From a virus, in the IMG/VR virus record IMGVR_UViG_3300050821_003907, positions 32,001 to 96,000 of that record: a stretch of 64,000 nt of DNA, one strand, 5' to 3'. Shown here piece by piece: positions 1 through 8,914 of the stretch. The notes below the pieces were generated by a model. It was not told where the DNA came from and did no database searches. It saw only the letters and a program-made list of their open reading frames with translations. Numbering within the stretch: the stretch's first letter is position 1; each line of letters starts with the position of its first letter. The position numbers and the translations under genes are program-made.

Positions 1-75
1 GTTCACTATTACCCGTCAGTGCCTATTGACCCGGAAAAGCGCATACCGGTAACACTCCCTCCGCCAGAACTTTAG
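1..75 (+). CDS. 3' end of upstream gene (partial; prohead protease/scaffold by position only)
   Basis: Frame open from base 1 to TAG at 73-75 (VHYYPSVPIDPEKRIPVTLPPPEL*), directly upstream of the capsid promoter. Confidence 0.3.
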   Translation, partial: VHYYPSVPIDPEKRIPVTLPPPEL

Positions 76-104
76 AAAAATCTGTGTAGTTTTTCATTTA
101 GGGG

Positions 105-132
105 TTGTCAATACCCAGTAGCTAGGTACTAT
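105..132 (+). promoter_or_regulatory. sigma70/HrdB-type promoter for capsid gene
   Basis: TTGTCA (105-110), 16-nt spacer, TACTAT (127-132). Confidence 0.5.
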
Positions 133-202
133 GGATAGTGAAATGCCGTGGCCGTAAAAGCCGGAGCCGGTGCCAGCAATTAAACCTAGAAAGGTTAAGC
201 TA

Positions 203-1480
203 GTGGCATCTGAAGTCGCAAAGAGGCTTCGTGACCGGCGCTTGAACGTCTGGAACGAGGCCAAGGGCATTGCAGAGAGCGCTGCTGATGAGAACCGCTC
301 CTTTACCCCGGATGAGCAGGGTAAGTGGGAGGCTCTTCAGGAAGAGCTTGGCAACATTGACACTCGCCTCAAGGCCGTTCTCGACACCGAGAAGCGCGCC
401 AAGGAAGCTGACGACGCTTACGACGAGCTGAGTGGCCGTAAGGCTGAGCGCAGCGTGCAGCAGGCGGGTGGTCCTCAGTACGTTGAGGAGCTGCGCCGTT
501 GGGCACGCGGCGAAGAGGGCAGCAAGTCTGTCTTCGAAGTTCGCCGTCAGGCACCGGGACCGGTTAACTACCGTGTTCTGACCACGGCAGGCGCTGGTTC
601 CGGAACTAACGCTTCCGGTATCATCCCGACTGACTTCTACGACCAGCTCATCGCGTACCTGATTGAAGTTTCCGGCATCATGCAGTGTGGGCCCACGGTC
701 CTTAACACTGGCGGTGGCGAGACTCTCCAGATTCCGAAGGCCCTGACTCACACCACGGCAACGTCCGCTGGCCAGAACGCAAGCCTTCCGACCGCTGACC
801 CGACCTTCACGCTCACCACCCTTGGTGCGCAGAAGTTCGGTGTCCTGATTCAGGTCGCTCGCGAACTGATTGACGACACTGCGGTTGACCTGCTCGGCTA
901 CCTCGCAATGAGTGCTGGCCGTGCGCTGGGTAACTCCTTCGGTACCTCCCTGGTTAACGGCACCAACGGCATCTCCGGTGGCCTTACGTCCCTCGCGGGC
1001 GCAACCCCGGCTGTCACTGGTGGCCTGACCTCTGCTATCTCCGGTAACGGCGTGGCAACCGGTGGCGCAACATACGCCAACCTGGTTGACATGGAGTACT
1101 CGGTTATCGCTCCCTACCGTCAGTCCCGTAGCTGCTACTGGCTCGCTGCTGACAAGACTGTTGGTTCCTTCCGCAAGCTGACCGACAACAACGGTCGCCC
1201 TGTCTGGGAGCCTTCCGCAGTCCTCGGTGCGCCGGACCTGCTTCTGGGCAAGCCGCTAGTTGCAGACCCGTACATGCCTGCAATCGGCACAAGCGCGCTG
1301 TCCATCGCGTTCGGTGACTTCGCTCAGTACTTCATCCGCCTTGTCGGTGGAGTTCGATTCGAGCGTAGCGACGACTTCGCATTCGGGTCTGACCTGGTGA
1401 CCTTCCGTGCACTACTCCGTGGTGACGGTACACTGGTAGACACCAACGCAATCAAGATGTTCAAGGGCGGCGCAAGCTAA
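203..1480 (+). CDS. Major capsid protein, HK97 fold
   Basis: N-terminal coiled-coil delta domain; motifs IIPTDF, KFGVLIQVARELIDD, DNNGRPVWEP, LLGKP, FGDF, RFERS; GTG start at 203 follows SD AGAAAGG. Confidence 0.93.
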   Translation: MASEVAKRLRDRRLNVWNEAKGIAESAADENRSFTPDEQGKWEALQEELGNIDTRLKAVLDTEKRAKEADDAYDELSGRKAERSVQQAGGPQYVEELRRWARGEEGSKSVFEVRRQAPGPVNYRVLTTAGAGSGTNASGIIPTDFYDQLIAYLIEVSGIMQCGPTVLNTGGGETLQIPKALTHTTATSAGQNASLPTADPTFTLTTLGAQKFGVLIQVARELIDDTAVDLLGYLAMSAGRALGNSFGTSLVNGTNGISGGLTSLAGATPAVTGGLTSAISGNGVATGGATYANLVDMEYSVIAPYRQSRSCYWLAADKTVGSFRKLTDNNGRPVWEPSAVLGAPDLLLGKPLVADPYMPAIGTSALSIAFGDFAQYFIRLVGGVRFERSDDFAFGSDLVTFRALLRGDGTLVDTNAIKMFKGGAS

Positions 1481-1495
1481 CCTGCTGGACCTTGA

Positions 1496-1535
1496 GAAAA
1501 AGGCCGGTAGCCGGTATCGGCTGCCGGTCTTTTTC
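1496..1535 (+). terminator. Rho-independent terminator (possibly bidirectional)
   Basis: GAAAAAGGCCGGTAGCCG-GTAT-CGGCTGCCGGTCTTTTTC. Confidence 0.88.
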
Positions 1536-1559
1536 ATTCGTCACGAACTAGGAGATAAA

Positions 1560-2054
1560 ATGAGCGACGAACGCTCGGTCTGGATTAAGCTCATCGGCCA
1601 GCGTACTGGCTCTCGTTATGATGGCCGCGACTGGCCTGCGCCGGGAGTTCCGTTTGAGGTCCCGGAATGGGAGGGTACTGCTCTCACTAAAATCAAGGAT
1701 GCTATCTACACTTCTGACGAAGAAGTGGCGGACATTTCTCAGCCGAAGGTTGATTCCGACGTAGTGCCGCTGGAAGAGCCAGTTGAGCGTGAGTATCACG
1801 GTGGCGAGCCTGTTTCTTCTCCGAAGGTAGATGAAGAGGTAGCTCCCGTTGAGGAAAACCTTGAAGTAGCTGAGGAGCCTACTGAGGAAGTTGCGGTTGA
1901 GGAAGACACAGCAGAAGAGGCTCCCAAGCCTCCGGCCCCTTACGCTTCCAAGGCCGACTGGGTGAATTACGCAGTAAATCAGGGACATAACGCAGACGAC
2001 GCGTCATCTTTGACGAAGTCAGACCTACAGAGCCGCTATGGTGGACGCCTTTAA
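1560..2054 (+). CDS. Acidic head-associated protein with C-terminal small helical (HeH/LEM-like) motif
   Basis: SD AGGAG; Glu/Pro-rich linker; C-terminal ASKADWVNYAVNQG...LTKSDL motif; directly after the capsid gene. Confidence 0.6.
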   Translation: MSDERSVWIKLIGQRTGSRYDGRDWPAPGVPFEVPEWEGTALTKIKDAIYTSDEEVADISQPKVDSDVVPLEEPVEREYHGGEPVSSPKVDEEVAPVEENLEVAEEPTEEVAVEEDTAEEAPKPPAPYASKADWVNYAVNQGHNADDASSLTKSDLQSRYGGRL

Positions 2055-2101
2055 TGGCTTACACTGAATAAGACGGCACCGTAACGAAAGGTGTAATAAA
2101 A

Positions 2102-2641
2102 ATGGCTGTTAACCCTAAGGAAGGTCAGGCCCTGGCTTCGACCACGGTGCCTGCCCGTGAGCAGATGGTTGGCCGTGCTGGTCGCGCTGGCGGCGAGGAC
2201 GTAACCAACGAGCCGGGTCAGTACCCGGCTGACCTATTCGGCGTGGCCCTGCCTCAGGGTACCGGTGCTCCCGGTACTGCTGGGTCTAGCCCGACCGATG
2301 TAGCAGCAGATGCCACCAACATGCCCGGTCAGCTTGACGAAGACTTCTCAGGTCTTGGTCCGAATGACACGGCTGAAACTGGCTCGCCTGGCACGCAGGG
2401 CGTAGTTAACGCTTCTGGTGGCGACACTGTTACCTACACTCCTCCCGGTTACCTTGATGGCGGACCTTTCCGTGAGGCAACTGCACAGGGTCACGTGGAT
2501 GGCATGGGCGACTGGTCCCAGGCCAATACTGACGGCTATGCGGGTGGACCCACCCTTCCCGGTCTTGAGGGCAACCGCCCGACGAGCACCGGTGCAGGCT
2601 CTGGCCGTACCCTGCGTGGCGGACGTGCGGTAAAGCCGTAA
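2102..2641 (+). CDS. Gly/Pro/Thr-rich hypothetical protein
   Basis: SD AAAGG; internal repeat D(V/A)TN(E/M)PGQ...G(A/S)PGT. Confidence 0.7.
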   Translation: MAVNPKEGQALASTTVPAREQMVGRAGRAGGEDVTNEPGQYPADLFGVALPQGTGAPGTAGSSPTDVAADATNMPGQLDEDFSGLGPNDTAETGSPGTQGVVNASGGDTVTYTPPGYLDGGPFREATAQGHVDGMGDWSQANTDGYAGGPTLPGLEGNRPTSTGAGSGRTLRGGRAVKP

Positions 2642-2651
2642 GGCTTAGCCG

Positions 2652-2861
2652 ATGAAGGATTTGTCAAGCGTGCCCTGGGCATCGATGCCGGTTTACGGTA
2701 GCCCGCGTGCCCAGAGCAGCTTGATGAAAGACGACATTCTCGGAGCAGGCACGCCGCCAGAAGACCCGAGCGAGGATGTTGTCCCTGACGGTACCGATGA
2801 TGATGCCGTTCCTGATGACACACCAGGAACTTCTGAACCGGAAAGTGACGAGCAGCCTTAA
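2652..2861 (+). CDS. Small acidic hypothetical protein
   Basis: 69-aa ORF that tiles with its neighbours. Confidence 0.55.
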   Translation: MKDLSSVPWASMPVYGSPRAQSSLMKDDILGAGTPPEDPSEDVVPDGTDDDAVPDDTPGTSEPESDEQP

Positions 2862-2876
2862 AGGAGGCGAACGCAA

Positions 2877-3158
2877 GTGGAAGACCTTAGCCACATGCCC
2901 CTGGCCAAGCACGCGCTTGTCGCTGGAAGCTCAATGGCAGCGGGTAACACCGTTAACACAACTGCGGAGAAGTACGCTATGACTTCACCCGGCAGTGCGC
3001 CTGTAGACCCTTTGCCTGCCAAGGAAGAGCTAGACGACCCGAATATCGAAGACAGTCCTATGGACAAGGACCCGCGCGCAACAGTGATGGAGCGTGCTGG
3101 ACGAGGCAGTGACTACTCCGCGCCTACACTGGAATGGAAGGAATGCGCCAATGGCTAG
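2877..3158 (+). CDS. Small acidic hypothetical protein
   Basis: Strong SD AAAGGAGG, GTG start. Confidence 0.65.
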   Translation: MEDLSHMPLAKHALVAGSSMAAGNTVNTTAEKYAMTSPGSAPVDPLPAKEELDDPNIEDSPMDKDPRATVMERAGRGSDYSAPTLEWKECANG

Positions 3159-3396
3159 CAACTGGGGTCCTACCGAGCACCCGGTAGAGCATGACCACGT
3201 AGAAGACGGCCCGGATGTTTACATGGGCACGCCGGACGACGAGCTTAACAAGTACAAGTACGACGAGACTGACGGTCGTGAGACTGGCGGTGCAGGCGTA
3301 TGGAAGAAGGTTGACCACTGCTCAGGTGAGGCTGGCGCTAATGGGACTGCAACTAGCGGATTCCCTGACGGCCCCGGTCCTTGGAAGCAGACCTAG
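3151..3396 (+). CDS. Small acidic hypothetical protein
   Basis: ATG at 3151 overlaps the previous stop; purine-rich SD. Confidence 0.6.
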   Translation: MASNWGPTEHPVEHDHVEDGPDVYMGTPDDELNKYKYDETDGRETGGAGVWKKVDHCSGEAGANGTATSGFPDGPGPWKQT

Positions 3397-3417
3397 GTCT
3401 AAAGAGCCTGATGCCCC

Positions 3418-3663
3418 GTGAGTATAGAAGCTACAGCGAGGGCACTAGCGCGCATAGAGGGCACGAGCTTTGCGCATCGTTGCCGTAATGGCAGTATGCG
3501 CAATGAAATAGTGACCTTCGCATCCAGTAACGTCGGGTGGGTTCTCCTGCCTCGCACCCAGTATTCAGTGCCGTCAATCGAATGCCCAGGCTGTCACAAC
3601 GTGGCGGTCTGGGTAGACGAAACTAGCGCATGGCGCGTACTGGCGGAGGGATTCCTCCAGTAA
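3418..3663 (+). CDS. Hypothetical protein with CxxC
   Basis: 81-aa ORF with CPGC; TAATG coupling to the next gene. Confidence 0.5.
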   Translation: MSIEATARALARIEGTSFAHRCRNGSMRNEIVTFASSNVGWVLLPRTQYSVPSIECPGCHNVAVWVDETSAWRVLAEGFLQ

Positions 3664-4118
3664 TGAGCCGCTTCCAGGACCACTTTCGGCCAACCATATT
3701 TGGCTTGGCTGACGGAATGATGTCCCTCCTGGGAGTAATACTTTACCTGCTAGGACATCAAGACCTCATATTCCTGACTGCTGTATCCGGAGCTATAACT
3801 TCAGCTCTGTCGATGGGCGGCAGTGAATTCTTGTCGGATAGTGATAATGGCCTTAGAGCCTCTGCAATCATGGGCGGTGCCACCGGCATCGGGGCAATAC
3901 TGCCCGCTCTCCCGTTCGCTTTCATGCACGGAACACCCGCGTTTGTGCTAATGATTGCCATTTCATTCGTAATTGCCGTAGGCGTAGGGTGCATACGAGC
4001 TAAGGCTAGGGGCAAGAAGATAACGGTATTTACTGTCGGCAGTACTGTATTGCTGTTTGCCATTATCATAGCTGTAGGAAGCTTGGTCACCGTGTTCCTT
4101 CCTGGAGGCGCTGGTTAA
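3663..4118 (+). CDS. VIT1/CCC1-family membrane protein (Fe/Mn transporter-like)
   Basis: IFGLADGMMS and SGAITSALSMGGSEFLS motifs; about 5 hydrophobic helices. Confidence 0.72.
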   Translation: MSRFQDHFRPTIFGLADGMMSLLGVILYLLGHQDLIFLTAVSGAITSALSMGGSEFLSDSDNGLRASAIMGGATGIGAILPALPFAFMHGTPAFVLMIAISFVIAVGVGCIRAKARGKKITVFTVGSTVLLFAIIIAVGSLVTVFLPGGAG

Positions 4119-4119
4119 A

Positions 4120-4317
4120 ATGTCCCCTTGGCGTGCAGGCTACGGGTCCGCATCTAAAGTTCATATCCGGATACGCAAGGAAAGCGCCTACTGGGTGTGG
4201 AGAGTGGTGGTTAACGCAAACGACCACTGCGGGGACATCGGAGCATCGGGTGAACGCCTTACGTGGGCTGAGGCTTTTTCAGCAGCAAGGGAAGAGTGCA
4301 TGTGGTGGGTGCGGTAG
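4120..4317 (+). CDS. Small hypothetical protein
   Basis: 65-aa ORF filling the gap. Confidence 0.4.
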   Translation: MSPWRAGYGSASKVHIRIRKESAYWVWRVVVNANDHCGDIGASGERLTWAEAFSAAREECMWWVR

Positions 4318-4329
4318 ACTGTCCGCATG
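4315..4329 (+). promoter_or_regulatory. Leaderless promoter heading the glycan cassette
   Basis: TAGACT-N6-ATG, no SD. Confidence 0.55.
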
Positions 4330-5382
4330 CGAATACTGGCCATTCATGACAGCTCAGGCTGTGCTTGGTATCGAATCATCCAGCCTCTGCTAGAATTTCG
4401 TAAGCACGGATATGACGTTACCTTCGTTACTGCTCACAACGAGTGCACGCCTTACGACGAGAAACAGGGTTTTGAGCTGACCCGGAACTTCTCAGGCTTT
4501 GACCTGGTAGTAGGGCAGCGAGTCAACAAGTACGACGGTCTTAGCGTGTGGCGCAGGGGACGCACCCCGTTCAGCCGCCTGGTTTACGAGAATGACGACG
4601 ACCTGTTCAACGTGACGCAGGAAAACTGGCAGGCGTTCCAGCACTACCAGCGCACAGACGTGCGTGAAGCTGTTATCGCGGCATGTGAGGTTTCAGACCT
4701 CGTCACAGTGTCTACCGACCGCCTTAAGGCGATTCACGATGAGTTCAACCCGAACACCATCGTGCTGCAAAATCTTATCCCGGCATATGTCCTCAATCAG
4801 GTGCGTACTGAACGCAAGCGTCCCAGGGTTGGCTGGGTAGGTGGTGCCTCGCACGGGCGCGACGTGCATCTTGCGACGCCTTCTGTGAGGCGATTCCTGA
4901 AGCGCTTTCCGGAGTGGGACCTTTACCTCGGTGGCGTGGACTTCCGGCCTAGCTTTAAGGTTGCACGGGACCGCGCGTTCCATGAGCCGTGGATTAAGGT
5001 AACCGACAAGCCCGGCGCGTATTACGAGAGCATCGACTTTGACATCGGCATCTGCCCGCTGATTGACACAGAATTCGCCAAGTCCAAGAGCTACATCAAG
5101 GCACTGGAGTACATGGCACGCGGCATTCCCGTGGTAGCCAGTGACTGCGCCCCCTATAACGAGATAGTGGTACATGGCGAGAATGGCTTCCTGGTAAGGC
5201 GTGACCATGAATGGCTGGAAACCCTTTCCACCTTGGCGGGCGATAGTGACTTGCGGCACAAGATGGGCGAGGCGGGCAAGGCTACTGCTGCTGAGCACAC
5301 TATCGATGAGCACTGGACTCGGTGGGAACAGGCATACAGTAAGCTGTATCCAGCCAACTGGACTTTCGGAAGAAATGTGTAA
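4327..5382 (+). CDS. Glycosyltransferase, GT-B fold (GT4-like)
   Basis: RVGWVGG, DIGICPL...KSYIKALEYMARGIPVVASD...HGENGFLV. Confidence 0.88.
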   Translation: MRILAIHDSSGCAWYRIIQPLLEFRKHGYDVTFVTAHNECTPYDEKQGFELTRNFSGFDLVVGQRVNKYDGLSVWRRGRTPFSRLVYENDDDLFNVTQENWQAFQHYQRTDVREAVIAACEVSDLVTVSTDRLKAIHDEFNPNTIVLQNLIPAYVLNQVRTERKRPRVGWVGGASHGRDVHLATPSVRRFLKRFPEWDLYLGGVDFRPSFKVARDRAFHEPWIKVTDKPGAYYESIDFDIGICPLIDTEFAKSKSYIKALEYMARGIPVVASDCAPYNEIVVHGENGFLVRRDHEWLETLSTLAGDSDLRHKMGEAGKATAAEHTIDEHWTRWEQAYSKLYPANWTFGRNV

Positions 5383-6115
5383 ACCTGTGAGTGAGAGTAC
5401 GTCACCCCTGTTCTCGTGCTTCCTGCTGTCCCACAATAAGGGACCATATGCCGTTCAAGCTATTCAGAGCGTGCTCAACCAGACGTTTCAGGACTGGGAG
5501 TGCTGGATTATCGAGAACAGCACGGACACTACGACGCGTCCTCTGCTCAAGCAGCGCATGCCTGAAATCCTTACGGACCCTCGTTTTCACTATGAGGAGC
5601 TGACAGTTCCCCAGAACATCCGGGAAACCAAGTACGTGCCTTCATGGCTCCTGAACGTCTACCACCCTGAGGCTAACGGCAAGTGGATTTTCTACCTCAG
5701 TGATGATGACCTGTTCATGGAAGACTGCTTTGAGGTTTGTGCAGAGCACATCCGTGCCGAAAGCAATCAGCACTGGGAAGTGGCCTGGTTTGGCCTCAAG
5801 GGAATTCGTGCCGTTGACCACCGAGTGGTAAAAGGCATGCCTATCTTCATGATTCCTGCTAATGGCCCGCGAGGTAAAGGCTGTGGTAACTGGAATATCG
5901 ACGGTTACATTGATGGTGGTCAGGTCATTTACCGTAAGGGATGCCTTGAGCAGCTTGAGAAGCCGAGGTTCCCGGAGACTTACGCAGGAGACCTCGCACG
6001 CCATTCTGACGGGCTGTTCCTTAATAAGCTTGCTGAGCACTACACGTTCCAGCCCATTTACCGCACACTGGCCATTCATCGCTTCACGCCTGTGTCCACT
6101 TGGAGTAAAGCGTAA
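5375..6115 (+). CDS. Glycosyltransferase, GT-A fold (GT2-like)
   Basis: SHNKGPY..QAIQSVLNQTFQDWECWIIENS and YLSDDD motifs; start overlaps the previous stop. Confidence 0.85.
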   Translation: MCKPVSESTSPLFSCFLLSHNKGPYAVQAIQSVLNQTFQDWECWIIENSTDTTTRPLLKQRMPEILTDPRFHYEELTVPQNIRETKYVPSWLLNVYHPEANGKWIFYLSDDDLFMEDCFEVCAEHIRAESNQHWEVAWFGLKGIRAVDHRVVKGMPIFMIPANGPRGKGCGNWNIDGYIDGGQVIYRKGCLEQLEKPRFPETYAGDLARHSDGLFLNKLAEHYTFQPIYRTLAIHRFTPVSTWSKA

Positions 6116-6582
6116 TGGAAGTACAGCTAGAGAAGTTGCATTACGCGTTGCTTGAAGCTGTTCGCGTGTGGCGCAATAGTAACGCTGAGTTCTTCGGAGA
6201 TACGCAGCCTATCTCTCGTAACATGCAGCAAGAGTGGTTTGACGATTACATCGTTAATCCCTCGGACCACATGTACGCTGTTGTCGTAGATGACATCCTT
6301 CCTGTGGGAACTATAGGCATTCGTTCAGACACGCGTGAAATACAGCGTGTGATGCTAGGGGATAAAGACTACGCTCGTACAGGCGTGATGTCGCAAGCAC
6401 TTAGCTTGCTCATGAAAGCTTACGGGCCTGGTGACTTCTTCTTGTACGTTAAGCAGGACAATGATAAGGCCATTGATTTCTACCGGAAGAATGGCTTTAA
6501 CCGCACGGTATCCGTAAGGCCGCGCCCAGGGATGATTTCCATGCACCGTTACGTGCCCTACACAGAAATGATTGCATCATGA
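6115..6582 (+). CDS. GNAT N-acetyltransferase (PseH-like)
   Basis: VRVWRN, VGTIG, YARTGVMSQA, VKQDNDKAIDFYRKNGF. Confidence 0.82.
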   Translation: MEVQLEKLHYALLEAVRVWRNSNAEFFGDTQPISRNMQQEWFDDYIVNPSDHMYAVVVDDILPVGTIGIRSDTREIQRVMLGDKDYARTGVMSQALSLLMKAYGPGDFFLYVKQDNDKAIDFYRKNGFNRTVSVRPRPGMISMHRYVPYTEMIAS

Positions 6583-7739
6583 TACCTTTGTTCCGGCCGT
6601 CAGTAACTGACCGGGAAATTGAAGCGGTAACTCGCGTTCTCAAGTCCGGATGGTGGGCCCTGGGTCCGGAGGTAGAAGCATTCGAGAATGACTTCGCGGA
6701 GTACTTGCGAGTTCAGGCGCACGCTGCTGGAACTAAGCATCAGTTTGCCGCCGCTCCTTACGCTGTCGGAGTTAACTCATGCACTTCCGCACTAGAACTG
6801 GCTGCCCGGTCTCTAGGTGTTGAGAAGGGAACGGTAGTAGTTCCTGCACTGACGTTCGTGTCCACCGGCCAGGCGATGCTGCATGCAGGCAACAACGTGG
6901 TTTTCGCTGACATTGACGAGACTACGATGTGCCTTGACTGGAACGACGCTCTTAACACGCTAGAACGCGCCACAGCACGGCGCAAGGACGCCCCCAAGGC
7001 GATTGTCCCCGTATGGTACGCAGGACGTGTATCGCTGCCTCCGGCCCTCCCAGGGGGCATTACGGTCATCGAGGACTGTGCGCATGCCGCAGGCTCTCGC
7101 CTGGCAGGCACTGTGGGTAATGCCGCTGCCTGGTCGTTCCAAGCTGTCAAGAACCTCGCAGTGGGAGATGGCGGCATGGTCACCACCACAGACCCGCTGG
7201 CTTACGCTAAGCTCAAGCCACTTCGTTGGTGCGGGATTGACCGCTCTACGTGGGAGCGAGACAACAAGAAGGGCTATAACTGGGATTACGACATCCCAGC
7301 TGACGGTGAGAAAGCCCATCTTAATGACATCGCAGCAGCACTGGGGCGCGTCCAGCTATCCCGGCTGAATGAGATGAATGACCAGCGCTTCCAGATTCTC
7401 AAGCAGTACAAGTCTGGCTTTGACGGCCTGAGCTGGCTTAAGATGCGAGAAGACTTCAGCCCGTATGAGTCCAATCACCTGATGACTGTTCGCATCAATG
7501 CCGCTAACCGTGACAGGTTCATTGACCACATGCTGGCGCATGGTATTTCTGCTGGCGTTCACTACAAGCCCATTACTTACTACAAGGGCGTTTTCCCGAA
7601 CGCACGTAACTTGCCTGTTACGGAAAAGGTATGGCGTGAGCTAGTCACCTTGCCGCTTTATCCTGACCTCGTGTGGGATGACGTAGATAAGGTTATCGGT
7701 GTAGTGCGAGCATTCAGCCCGGTACGCGAGGGGGTCTAA
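6579..7739 (+). CDS. DegT/DnrJ/EryC1/StrS PLP-dependent sugar aminotransferase
   Basis: VNSCTSALEL, VPALTFVST, IEDCAHA, SFQAVKNL (PLP lysine), GDGGM, VHYKP, LPLYP. Confidence 0.93.
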   Translation: MIPLFRPSVTDREIEAVTRVLKSGWWALGPEVEAFENDFAEYLRVQAHAAGTKHQFAAAPYAVGVNSCTSALELAARSLGVEKGTVVVPALTFVSTGQAMLHAGNNVVFADIDETTMCLDWNDALNTLERATARRKDAPKAIVPVWYAGRVSLPPALPGGITVIEDCAHAAGSRLAGTVGNAAAWSFQAVKNLAVGDGGMVTTTDPLAYAKLKPLRWCGIDRSTWERDNKKGYNWDYDIPADGEKAHLNDIAAALGRVQLSRLNEMNDQRFQILKQYKSGFDGLSWLKMREDFSPYESNHLMTVRINAANRDRFIDHMLAHGISAGVHYKPITYYKGVFPNARNLPVTEKVWRELVTLPLYPDLVWDDVDKVIGVVRAFSPVREGV

Positions 7740-8335
7740 TGTATACCGATAAGGACACGCTAAATTACGCTCCTTTGTACAAGGAGCTGTTCACGAAACT
7801 GCCTGAGTCACCTCGTATTCTTGAGGTAGGCGTGTACTGCGGTGACTCCCTTCGCATGTGGAAAGAATGGTTTCCGGAATCGGTTATCTGCGGAGTCGAG
7901 AAATACACAGAATTCAAGCAGCTCTGGCCACATGACATTCCGGTGGTAGTTACTGACCAGTGCGACCAGGCTCTGGCTGCTAGGGTGCTCTTTTACTCTA
8001 ATGACGGCTACGACATGGTGATTGATGACGCTTCTCACTTCGGGATGCTATCGGCTGAGACTTTCCGCCTTTTGTGGCCTGTTGTACGTCCCGGTGGATG
8101 GTACGTACTGGAAGACTGGACTGTAGGCTTGCCTGTTAGCCCTCATTACCCTAACTTCGGTGGAATCAGCATGCTGCAACTAGCTCAGGAGTTCATTACT
8201 AATCTACGGCCTTCTACTTCAATTCACGACATGGGTAAGCACGTTGAAGAGGCAGGAGATGTAGACAGCGTTGTAGAATTGCGTTACATCTACGGAATGG
8301 CGTGTATTAAGAAGCAGGGAATCCATGAATCGTAA
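7739..8335 (+). CDS. Class I SAM methyltransferase (sugar O-methyltransferase-like)
   Basis: ILEVGVYCGDSLRMWKEWFP, DMVIDDASH, RPGGWYVLED. Confidence 0.8.
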   Translation: MYTDKDTLNYAPLYKELFTKLPESPRILEVGVYCGDSLRMWKEWFPESVICGVEKYTEFKQLWPHDIPVVVTDQCDQALAARVLFYSNDGYDMVIDDASHFGMLSAETFRLLWPVVRPGGWYVLEDWTVGLPVSPHYPNFGGISMLQLAQEFITNLRPSTSIHDMGKHVEEAGDVDSVVELRYIYGMACIKKQGIHES

Positions 8336-8912
8336 TCATGAAGTATGGCACGATACTGTTATCAACGCTGAAGTAATAAGCCATCTTGAAGGTAATATCT
8401 ATGAGGCCATTCATCGTCAGCATTTGCGTAATTGGTGCCTGGAAGAGTTTGCCCCTTACAGTTCTGTGCTAGAAGTAGGTTGCGGTCCTGGCTTGGTGGC
8501 CGAAGAATTGATGCCTCATTTCCTGTACACAGGCGTGGATAATTCCAGGTTGATGCTAGATTATGCGCAAGAAAAGAATCCTGACTTCAATTTGGCTTTT
8601 GGTGACGCCTATGATTTGGTGTTTGCCGATAACTTTTTTGACCACGTAATATCTTTTGCGGTACTAGGTCATCTTCCCGCTGATAGCATAAATCAGCCCC
8701 TGGCGGAAATGTGCCGGGTAGCTCGCAATAGTGTGTTGTTCACAGCCTGGGACAGACCGCTGAATGACGGGCACCAAGACGTGGGAAATGCCATTCATAA
8801 CGCGTACTCCGAAGATTACCTCCGCGCACAGTGCCCTTCAGGCACGATACTTTCATTCGTAAAAGACTTCGGGGTCGATACTTTCGGCTACCGGATAGGA
8901 GTAAACTCTTAG
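8325..8912 (+). CDS. Class I SAM methyltransferase
   Basis: VLEVGCGPG, GVDNSRLML, GDAYDL.FADNFFD. Confidence 0.82.
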   Translation: MNRNHEVWHDTVINAEVISHLEGNIYEAIHRQHLRNWCLEEFAPYSSVLEVGCGPGLVAEELMPHFLYTGVDNSRLMLDYAQEKNPDFNLAFGDAYDLVFADNFFDHVISFAVLGHLPADSINQPLAEMCRVARNSVLFTAWDRPLNDGHQDVGNAIHNAYSEDYLRAQCPSGTILSFVKDFGVDTFGYRIGVNS

Positions 8913-8914
8913 CC

